From positions 10,522-74,521 of the forward strand of contig CANQOI010000001.1 in assembly GCA_947625435.1 (NCBI GenBank): 64,000 nucleotides of DNA, given 5' to 3'. The notes below the pieces were generated by a model. The model was not told the origin of the DNA. It saw nothing but the letters and a program-made list of their open reading frames with translations, and did not search any database. Made by a program: the position numbers and the translations under genes. The DNA is from an uncultured Clostridia bacterium. Lineage in GTDB: Bacteria > Bacillota > Clostridia > UBA1212 > UBA1255. This document shows positions 41,460 to 49,192 of this stretch, one piece after another (positions within the stretch are counted from its first letter, which is position 1; every line of letters starts with the position of its first letter).

Positions 41460-41500
41460 TGCGGCGGCGCCTAATACGCTGTTACGGTTTCGCCGCCGCA
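41460..41500. other. 10 bp perfect GC-rich inverted repeat (TGCGGCGGCG ...21 nt... CGCCGCCGCA) spanning the stop codon of the upstream gene
   Basis: The stem is partly inside the last codons (ACGGETVTAY*). There is no U-tract on either strand, so it is not a canonical terminator. Confidence 0.5.
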
Positions 41501-42454
41501 CGCAAGTCTGCCGAGCTGTATGTCAAAGAAGATCCTCTTAAGCTTTTCATAGTGAAGCCTCGTCTGTCTTTTACCCAAAGCGTCGCAATAATCGGTCATA
41601 TCAATGATTATGAGCCTGATTCCGTATTTGGCCGCGATTTTACGCTTAATATCAAGCTTATCCCTGTATTCCGCTTTGTCCATCATACCGGCGATTTCCA
41701 CATAGACGTAATCACCCATGCAGCTGCCCGTGCCTATCCTGAAATCGGCGTAATAGCACTCCGGCCCCGGATATCGCGGCTCCGAAACATAAGAAAAGCC
41801 CGACTCTCTGAGGCAAAGCGCCGCAATGAGCTCATTTTTAGAACGAAGCCTCTCATTTTCACTCACAAAAATACCGTTGGAGTATTCAGGCCGCAAAGAG
41901 TTCATGGATTCGGCATCCGCCTCTGCCAGTTCGTCGTCCGTGCGTATACGCAAGGGTATATACTGATCCGAATTTACCAAAGCCGCATACTCTGTCTCCA
42001 TTGCCTTTTCCAGATCAATGATGCCGAATCCGCGCGGCCGCGAAGAGTTCAGTATGCCGCATGCAAGGCGCGCATTTTCATAGTATCTTTTCGCATCGGA
42101 GCGCATGCGCATTCTGAGAGAAAGCCTTCCTCTTAGCACGATCTGCCCTTTTTTGTTATATGGATCATTTACATCTCCGAGCCTGCCGGTACGACTTACC
42201 TTTGAAGCGATATAATGCTTGGTCTTATCTATGTACAGATAAGAATTCGTATAAGTATACACCGAGGTGCTGCCGTCTTTGCACCTGTGTGTTTTACTGT
42301 ATGTGCTGAAGATCACGCTCCCTTCCGGAACGCCGAGATCATCAAGCCTTTCCAACCTTATCCTGCAGGCGGCAAGCTCGTGAAGGTAAAATTTCAATTC
42401 GTAAAGCTTTTCGTAATATAATGTATTTACGGCCACAAAAAGGCACCTCCGCAT
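41471..42454 (-). CDS. hypothetical protein with a possible C-terminal PD-(D/E)xK-like nuclease fold
   Basis: 327 aa. C-terminal SKNELIAALCLRESG...YYADFRIG...YVYVEIAGMMDKAEY has E...D...E-x-K-like spacing. No SD before the annotated ATG. An alternative GTG start 7 codons in has a GGAGGTG SD. Confidence 0.35.
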   Translation of the reverse strand: MRRCLFVAVNTLYYEKLYELKFYLHELAACRIRLERLDDLGVPEGSVIFSTYSKTHRCKDGSTSVYTYTNSYLYIDKTKHYIASKVSRTGRLGDVNDPYNKKGQIVLRGRLSLRMRMRSDAKRYYENARLACGILNSSRPRGFGIIDLEKAMETEYAALVNSDQYIPLRIRTDDELAEADAESMNSLRPEYSNGIFVSENERLRSKNELIAALCLRESGFSYVSEPRYPGPECYYADFRIGTGSCMGDYVYVEIAGMMDKAEYRDKLDIKRKIAAKYGIRLIIIDMTDYCDALGKRQTRLHYEKLKRIFFDIQLGRLACGGETVTAY

Positions 42455-42514
42455 TCATAAAAATCCGCAAAATGTATTTTACAGAATGCGAAAGTCGAAG
42501 TACGACGAAAAAGC

Positions 42515-43360
42515 TCAGCGGCGCGGGCTCAGATCCCAGTCCGGCGTAAGCGTCATATGGAGGACGCCGAGGATATCCCTCACCCAGTATTCGCCTATGA
42601 GCGGCCAATACACGTCGGCGCTCACATTGTAAGCCTCATATCCGTTCTTTTTCGCAAAAAGATAGCTCCTGTACGAGTGAAATGCGTCGGTCACAATATA
42701 AAATGTGTCCGGGAGTCCGTTTTCATGTATGATATCGGCAGAAAAACGTATATTTTCATCAGTGCTCACAGACCGATCCTCTACTATAACACGGCTTTCA
42801 TCAATGCCGTTTTCAAGCATATATTGCTTCATCACGTATGCCTCCGCCACAGTCTCGTCAGCGCCGCGGCCGCCGGAAACAACAGCCACAGTATCTTCAT
42901 GTGAATCCATGAATCTCACGGCAGCGTCAAGCCTGCCCTTGAGGAGCCGCGACGGCCTGTCCCCGTATACGTGACAGCCGAGCACCACGACAGTACCGCT
43001 GCTTCCCGACGCGTCGGTTCCGGAAGCGGGAGGCGCGGGAGGCTCATTGAAATATGCGTACTTTATCATGAATGCGGAAATAACGGAAGCGGTCAGAAAG
43101 CACACGGCGAGCAGGCACGAAATACACAGGCGCGCCCAATATACGACAGACATGATCTTACTCTGACCGCGCCTTCCCTTAATGAAAACAACGGCAAAAA
43201 GGAACGCCGAATACAGAATGAGCGCGGAATTTCCCGCATTAAGGCCTCTCCTCAGAAGCACCGTCGGTAAAATGCCCGCAGCCATACATACAGATGCAAA
43301 GAATATGCACAGCAGCCGACTCAGCTTTACGAGGCATTTTTTAATCCGTGAAAAATCCAT
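42515..43360 (-). CDS. YdcF/ElyC/SanA-family (DUF218) membrane-associated protein
   Basis: N-terminal TM helices plus the DUF218 core (VVVLGCHVYGDRPSRLLKGRLDAA...VVSGGRG). Confidence 0.7.
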   Translation of the reverse strand: MDFSRIKKCLVKLSRLLCIFFASVCMAAGILPTVLLRRGLNAGNSALILYSAFLFAVVFIKGRRGQSKIMSVVYWARLCISCLLAVCFLTASVISAFMIKYAYFNEPPAPPASGTDASGSSGTVVVLGCHVYGDRPSRLLKGRLDAAVRFMDSHEDTVAVVSGGRGADETVAEAYVMKQYMLENGIDESRVIVEDRSVSTDENIRFSADIIHENGLPDTFYIVTDAFHSYRSYLFAKKNGYEAYNVSADVYWPLIGEYWVRDILGVLHMTLTPDWDLSPRR

Positions 43361-44642
43361 TTTGCTTCCTCATGGATATGCTCAGGAGGACACCGATCGC
43401 TATAAAATTGGTGACCATGGAGCTGCCGCCTTTGCTTATAAAAGGGAGCGGCAGTCCCGTTATGGGCATGATCCCTATGTTCATGCCTATATTTTCAAAA
43501 ATGTTAAATGCGAACATGGCAAATATGCCGGCGGCGACACATTTTCCGAATGTTTCCCGCGCCTTGGAAGATATATATATCATCCTGCCGAGCATTACAG
43601 TCATAAGGAATATTATAAAAACACATCCTATAAAGCCTGCTTCTTCGCCTATGACGGCAAAAATGGAATCGGACATTTTAACGGGAATGAGTCTGCCCGT
43701 ATTCATAGTGCCCTCTCCTATGCCTTCGCCTGTCAGGCCTCCGGAGCCTATCGCCATTGTGGTGCGCCTCAACTGGTATGAATAGTCGAGATATTTATCG
43801 GGATCTATAAAGGAAAGGAGTCGGCCGCGCCTTGCGTCGTTCATGCCGAATTTCCATACAAAAGGAAGGGCAAGCAAGCCTGCTCCTATGATGCCCGATA
43901 TGAACCACCTGTTGAGCCCTCCTATAAATACTATGACTAAGAAAACGAATATGAATACCATTGCCTGACCTATATCCTTCTGAAGAAATACAAGTCCCAG
44001 AGGCAAAAGGAATGAACCTATTATGAGCGCCGCCCTTTTAAAGGAAAGGGCGCCTTCTTTTTCTATATATTCGATCTGCTGCGCTATCACGAGCACCATG
44101 GCAAGCTTCATGAGCTCAGACGGCTGATATGTCGTGACCTTCAGATCTATCCACGCACGGCTGCCGTACTGATCCACGCCGAGCGGTGTAAAAACAGAAA
44201 GCATTAGGAGCACATTTACGGCGTAAAACGGCCAACTCATAAGCCTGAACAGATAATAATCGGCAAACGAAAGAGCGATCGCAAGTATTGCTCCCGCAAC
44301 GAGACCTATTATCTGAACTATCATGGCGCTCCTGCCGCCGTCGTCATACATATTGGCCACGGCGCTTTCAAGGAAAATAAGACCCAGAGCGGATACGAGC
44401 AGCACGGTTCCCATGAGCAGATAATCGAACCGTGTGATATAGTCAAGCTTACCGCTTCGTTCTATCTGTATGCGAGGCCTGTTAAAATATTCGCGCCCGT
44501 TTTGTATGAGACCTCCGTTAATCTTCATAGCTATTGCTATCGGTGTCGTCGGCGGCGTCAGGGGCAGTGTCGGAGCCCGCGTCAGGGGCAGTGTCGGCAG
44601 CAGTGTCGGAGCCCGCGTCAGGGGCGGCTTCGGCTTCGGCAT
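43341..44642 (-). CDS. rodA: peptidoglycan glycosyltransferase RodA (SEDS family)
   Basis: FtsW/RodA/SpoVE polytopic core. The first ~38 codons of the ORF (Pro/Thr/Leu-rich) overlap the lgt 3' end, so the likely real start is MKINGG (ATG near 44528). Confidence 0.85.
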   Translation of the reverse strand: MPKPKPPLTRAPTLLPTLPLTRAPTLPLTPPTTPIAIAMKINGGLIQNGREYFNRPRIQIERSGKLDYITRFDYLLMGTVLLVSALGLIFLESAVANMYDDGGRSAMIVQIIGLVAGAILAIALSFADYYLFRLMSWPFYAVNVLLMLSVFTPLGVDQYGSRAWIDLKVTTYQPSELMKLAMVLVIAQQIEYIEKEGALSFKRAALIIGSFLLPLGLVFLQKDIGQAMVFIFVFLVIVFIGGLNRWFISGIIGAGLLALPFVWKFGMNDARRGRLLSFIDPDKYLDYSYQLRRTTMAIGSGGLTGEGIGEGTMNTGRLIPVKMSDSIFAVIGEEAGFIGCVFIIFLMTVMLGRMIYISSKARETFGKCVAAGIFAMFAFNIFENIGMNIGIMPITGLPLPFISKGGSSMVTNFIAIGVLLSISMRKQNGFFTD

Positions 44643-45609
44643 TTTCCTGATCCTTCATACGCTCCACGACTGCAGCGAGGCTGCCTTCGCCCTCGGCGAC
44701 CTCGTACTGTGAATCTTTCCATTTGTGCCTCAGGTCTATGAACAGGGCAATGCCTGCAACAATGAGTATTCCGGAAAGAAGCTGCGAAACGCGCACATTC
44801 GTATGTCCGATATAAAGGCTGTCTGTCCTGAGTCCTTCCACAAGGACCCTTTCCAGACCGTAGAGAATCATGTAAAGGCTGAGGCACTCACCGTTTGACT
44901 TAGCCCATTTTTTCCTGTAAATAAGCAGGAAAACAAACACGAGAAAACACCACAGCGACTCGTATAAGAACGTAGGATGTACAAGAGTCCCTATCGAATA
45001 CCCCTCAACTCCGTTCCTGACCTGCTGCAATACAAATTCCTCTATCCGGTCCCCGTTCATACCCCACGGCAGATCCGTAGGGCCTCCGAAAGCCTCCTGA
45101 TTGAAGAAATTGCCCCATCTTCCTATCGCCTGCCCGAGTATGATATATACGGCGCCGAATCCGGCCACATTCACAAAGGACTGCTTTTTATAAAGAGAAA
45201 CAAAGAAAACGGCCAGCAGAGCCGCTATGACACCGCCGTATATGGCAAGTCCGCCCTCCCAGTAATTGAACACAGACATAAGGTTGTCTCTGTAATTGTC
45301 AAAATTGAATATCACATAGTAGACTCTCGCTCCGATGAGCGCGGACGGTATTGCAAAGAGCACATAATCGAGCAGATCATCCTGCTTTATACCGTATTTC
45401 TCACACGATCTCAGACCGAGCACAACGCACAGTATAAAAGCGGCACATATAATAAGGCCGTACCATTTCACCTCGAACGATCCCACCTTAAACGCGGTAT
45501 CGTTTATGGGCAGCTTCAATCCTTTGCTCCCGAACAGATTCGGGAATGCGACCCACCCGCTCGCAAGCCTTGCCGAAGCATATGCCGTAAGCCCCGATAT
45601 GAAGCTCAT
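44518..45609 (-). CDS. lgt: prolipoprotein diacylglyceryl transferase
   Basis: Lgt signature regions (GARVYYV, GGLAIYGG, GRWGNFFNQEAFG) plus a repetitive acidic C-terminal tail. Confidence 0.9.
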   Translation of the reverse strand: MSFISGLTAYASARLASGWVAFPNLFGSKGLKLPINDTAFKVGSFEVKWYGLIICAAFILCVVLGLRSCEKYGIKQDDLLDYVLFAIPSALIGARVYYVIFNFDNYRDNLMSVFNYWEGGLAIYGGVIAALLAVFFVSLYKKQSFVNVAGFGAVYIILGQAIGRWGNFFNQEAFGGPTDLPWGMNGDRIEEFVLQQVRNGVEGYSIGTLVHPTFLYESLWCFLVFVFLLIYRKKWAKSNGECLSLYMILYGLERVLVEGLRTDSLYIGHTNVRVSQLLSGILIVAGIALFIDLRHKWKDSQYEVAEGEGSLAAVVERMKDQENAEAEAAPDAGSDTAADTAPDAGSDTAPDAADDTDSNSYED

Positions 45610-46904
45610 TTCGATCCCTCCGATCTTTCCACAACGGAAACAGCCATGTCTCCGCCCAAAACTTCCGAAATCACATCATTTACGTCATACTCGGTAATTT
45701 TACCACATGACGTGAAATAGTCAAACGCATCGGAACCCTGAAGATAATACTGTCCGAACATACGGCCTATATACGAAACGGAATCAAAGCTCCTGAGCTC
45801 GCTGCCCGTCATCGCGTTCCTCATTATGCGGAAGCGCCTTGAGTCGACACCCGTCCGCAAGAGCCTGTTTATATGCTCCCGCACACGGTCCAGTATCTCA
45901 GATATCTTCTCGGATTCACCCGTGACCGAAAACATAGAATAATCCCGTTCAATATCGTACGATGCGTAAAATTCATAATTGATGCAGCCGTTTTCATAAA
46001 GCTCCTTGTAAAGCTCCGACGACGGCCCGAAAACAAGCTCACGCATTATGTTGCCCGCATGTCTGCGCATCACGCGTTTTATGCCCGTATAAGGCAGGGG
46101 ATCCGCCTTGAATCCCAGATTGAATATGGGAAGCGATGTTTCCATGCGTCTCGTAAAATATTTTCCTGCCGTTTCACGGGGCTCATGAGGAAGGATCTTT
46201 GCGATATCATCGGAATTTCCGTGCGACAAGCCGGACCTTTCGACAGCATCATGCACAGACGACGCGTTCACATCTCCCACGACGGTGAGGCACATATTGG
46301 ACGGCCTGTAAAATGCGTCGTGGCACTCATAAAGTATTTCCGGAGTTATGGACCTGACAGACTCCTCAGTGCCCGCTATCTCATTCTTTACAGGGTTGTT
46401 TTTGTATAAAAGCCGCATGAGATCCTGCTCGCCCACATAGAAAGGATCGTCGAGATACATGTTGATCTCCTGAATGATTATACCCTTTTCCTTTTCCACA
46501 TTTTCTTTCGTAAAATACGGCTCCGCCACCTGCTTTATGAGAAGGTCGAGGCACTCATCGAAATTGTCGGTGCATGAAAAATAATAGTACGTCCTTGAAA
46601 AGCCCGTTGCGGCATTACAGTCGGCTCCGAGGGCCGCAAAACGGCTCATGACATCCACATCGGGCTGCTCGTACATCTTATGCTCCAGAAAATGCGCTGT
46701 ACCCTCGGGAAGAGTCCTGAGCTCTCCGTTTCTCGTGTATTCGATGTCGATCGATCCGAAATCGGTCGTTATGACGGCAAATTTACGTTTAAATCCCTTT
46801 TTGGGTATGATCTGTATATGAAGGCCCGAGCCGTGATCGCATTCAAGAATGCGTTCATCAAGCGACCCTATCATCTTCTCCGTAAAAATCCCTCTGTCGC
46901 TCAT
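45606..46904 (-). CDS. M16-family zinc peptidase (active subunit, HxxEH)
   Basis: GTAHFLEHKMYE inverted zinc-binding motif. 432 aa. Confidence 0.8.
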   Translation of the reverse strand: MSDRGIFTEKMIGSLDERILECDHGSGLHIQIIPKKGFKRKFAVITTDFGSIDIEYTRNGELRTLPEGTAHFLEHKMYEQPDVDVMSRFAALGADCNAATGFSRTYYYFSCTDNFDECLDLLIKQVAEPYFTKENVEKEKGIIIQEINMYLDDPFYVGEQDLMRLLYKNNPVKNEIAGTEESVRSITPEILYECHDAFYRPSNMCLTVVGDVNASSVHDAVERSGLSHGNSDDIAKILPHEPRETAGKYFTRRMETSLPIFNLGFKADPLPYTGIKRVMRRHAGNIMRELVFGPSSELYKELYENGCINYEFYASYDIERDYSMFSVTGESEKISEILDRVREHINRLLRTGVDSRRFRIMRNAMTGSELRSFDSVSYIGRMFGQYYLQGSDAFDYFTSCGKITEYDVNDVISEVLGGDMAVSVVERSEGSK

Positions 46905-49162
46905 ACCCCTTCACCCTCCTCGTCCGTAAGGAAAAATACCGTATCGAGCGTCATGCGCCTTGCGGCCTCCGACACCTCATCCCGCGTAACTCTCCCGATC
47001 CTTTCGGCATAAGTTTCCGGATCCGTCATTTTGTCCGTAAAAGTCTGCCCGAAATAATATGAGAGCAGGAGCGAGGGACTGTCTCCGCACGACATGAGCT
47101 CCGATCTTATTGTCTTTACAGCCGCGGTATATTCCACGTCCGATATTTCACCGCGGCGCACCGCTTCAAGCTGATCCCGCATGAGTTTAAGAGCTTTTTT
47201 ACCGTTGGCGGGATCTACGCCGCAGAAAGCGAGCATTATGCCCTTCTGCCTTATAACATACGAGGACGCGTAATATGCGAGGCTGTTTTTCTCACGCACG
47301 TTCATAAAGAGCTTGGAATTCGGCCCCTGCCCCAGCACTGCAGAGCAGAGCGAGGATGCGTAATAATCCGGGCTGTCGGGAGGTGTGTTGGTCCTGTATC
47401 CCAAAAAGAGCTTCCCCTGCGTGACATTCATTTTTTCGCTTTCGTACCTTATGTCATCTTCAGGCACATGTTTTTCCACATACGCTCTCGTAAGCGTCGT
47501 CCTTCCTCCGGGAGTAAAAAGCTCCGCCGCCTTCTCAGTGATGCGCACCGGATATTCCCTGCCGATGTAAAATATTTTTATATTCGATCTTCTCAGATAC
47601 TCATTTTTGTAATACTCGTAAAGGCTCACGGGCGTAAGTGAGCTGCCGTCTCCCGCGTTTCCGAGATTGTATACGGAATACGGCTCCTTGTCGCACATTA
47701 TCTCTATGCAGCGCTTTTGGGCATACGCGTGCTTGTCATTTACAACGGACAGTATCTGACTGTCCCTGTTGCTGCGCTCACGCTCGAATATCTTCGCCGA
47801 AAAGCCCGCTGCGCCGTCATAGTCCTCCGTAAGAGGATCTGTTATCATATCAAATACAAAATCAATGATGTCGTTTTCAAGTCCCTCATAATCGGGCGCG
47901 TATTTCGGAGCGGTGTATTCAGCAATGAATGCGGAATACTGCGTTTCACCGACTGAAGAGGCCCCTACGGAAAGCTCGGCTCCGTACATTTCCTGGAGTT
48001 TTTCGGATATATCGGCGATCTCCGGATATTTACGCATACCCGCGTTGAGTATCGAGGGTATGAGCGCATTCTTGTACGCTTTGGAGCGATCGAGCCTGTC
48101 GCAGAGCATTACCTTGAATATATCCGATTTGAATTTATCTGTGGGCACATAATATATCTCTATGCCGCCGCTGTTAAAAATCTTTATTACAGAATCACTC
48201 ATTTCCATTCGCTCCTTTGTATCGTATCTGAGCTGCTCCGCAAGAGCGTCCGGCGACGGGAATATGATCTCACCGCGCATCCTGTCCAGAAATTCCACCT
48301 CTATATCATGCCCGTAAAGCTCTTCGTTAAAACCTATTATATGAGTTTCGATAGTCACTCCGTTTCTGCCGCCGAATGTGGGATTGTCGCCCACATTAGT
48401 TATGCTTTTATACGTCATGCCGTTCATATGCGTCCTGGTAGCATAAACGCCGAAGGCAGGCAGTGCGAAGCCCTCCTTGTGTAAAATGTTCGCCGTGGGG
48501 AAACCTATGGACGCGCCCACGCGTCTGCCCCTTTCAACGCGTCCCGGCACTGTATAATATCTGCCGGTGAGCGCCCTGAAATCTCTCATTCTGCCGTCCT
48601 GTATCATCTGCCGTAAAAATGTGCTTGAAACGGTCACAGACTCCCCCGAATCGGGAAGATAGCCCTTGACCGGGGGTATCACGAATACGTCGAACCCGTA
48701 TTTTCGCCCGTAGGCTTTAAGGTCCTCCGTCGTGCCGCTCCCGAATGCGCCGAATGTATAATCATAGCCCACCACCACAAGGTCCGCACGGAGCTTGTCC
48801 GCCAATATTTCCTTTACAAATTCCTCAGGCGGTGTTTTTGCGTATTCTTCGTCAAAATGCTCAAGATAAAGTTCATCTATGCCCGTTTCTTCAAGTATGC
48901 GTATCTTTGTTTCCTCTGTCATGAGAAGAGGTGTCGTTCTGTCTTTGAATATAACGCTTCCCGGATGATTTGCAAACGTATATACACATGCCGGTATATT
49001 CCTTGCCCTGCATTCATATATGAGCTTTCTGAAAAGAGCCGTATGGCCTATGTGAACGCCGTCAAAATTCCCGAGTCCGATGCCCCTCTTTGTTTTCGTA
49101 AGGGCATCGGATCCTCCGCAGTCGTTATTTATATTTTCAAAGCTTTTCCTGTAAATTTTCAT
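46901..49162 (-). CDS. ribF: in-frame fusion ORF: bifunctional riboflavin kinase/FMN adenylyltransferase (RibF, ~aa 1-330) joined to an M16-family peptidase-like domain lacking HxxEH (~aa 331-753)
   Basis: RibF motifs GNFDGVHIGH, VYTFANHP, GRRVGASIGFPTANI and ETHIIGFNEELYGHDIEVEF. No stop codon follows; translation continues through TKERMEMSDSVIK into a full-length M16 domain. An AAAGGAG SD sits 9 nt before the internal ATG (M of MSDSV). Confidence 0.7.
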   Translation of the reverse strand: MKIYRKSFENINNDCGGSDALTKTKRGIGLGNFDGVHIGHTALFRKLIYECRARNIPACVYTFANHPGSVIFKDRTTPLLMTEETKIRILEETGIDELYLEHFDEEYAKTPPEEFVKEILADKLRADLVVVGYDYTFGAFGSGTTEDLKAYGRKYGFDVFVIPPVKGYLPDSGESVTVSSTFLRQMIQDGRMRDFRALTGRYYTVPGRVERGRRVGASIGFPTANILHKEGFALPAFGVYATRTHMNGMTYKSITNVGDNPTFGGRNGVTIETHIIGFNEELYGHDIEVEFLDRMRGEIIFPSPDALAEQLRYDTKERMEMSDSVIKIFNSGGIEIYYVPTDKFKSDIFKVMLCDRLDRSKAYKNALIPSILNAGMRKYPEIADISEKLQEMYGAELSVGASSVGETQYSAFIAEYTAPKYAPDYEGLENDIIDFVFDMITDPLTEDYDGAAGFSAKIFERERSNRDSQILSVVNDKHAYAQKRCIEIMCDKEPYSVYNLGNAGDGSSLTPVSLYEYYKNEYLRRSNIKIFYIGREYPVRITEKAAELFTPGGRTTLTRAYVEKHVPEDDIRYESEKMNVTQGKLFLGYRTNTPPDSPDYYASSLCSAVLGQGPNSKLFMNVREKNSLAYYASSYVIRQKGIMLAFCGVDPANGKKALKLMRDQLEAVRRGEISDVEYTAAVKTIRSELMSCGDSPSLLLSYYFGQTFTDKMTDPETYAERIGRVTRDEVSEAARRMTLDTVFFLTDEEGEGV

Positions 49163-49192
49163 TTTACGCTCCTTTTATAATATGCGAACCCT

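Noticed and set aside
41460-41500. Intrinsic terminator for the 41471-42454 gene
   Set aside because: The 10 bp GC stem is real, but the stop codon sits in the loop and no U-tract follows on either strand. Recorded as a hairpin only.
40641-42136. Long ORFs across the 168 bp repeat array (40641-41384 minus, 40664-41368 minus, 40823-42136 plus; 234-437 aa)
   Set aside because: All three are simply open frames through the tandem repeat; the translation is the same Arg/Cys-rich peptide repeated. Open frames occur in several phases and on both strands at once. There is no RBS. The plus-strand one runs antisense through a well-formed minus-strand gene. Treated as repeat artefacts.
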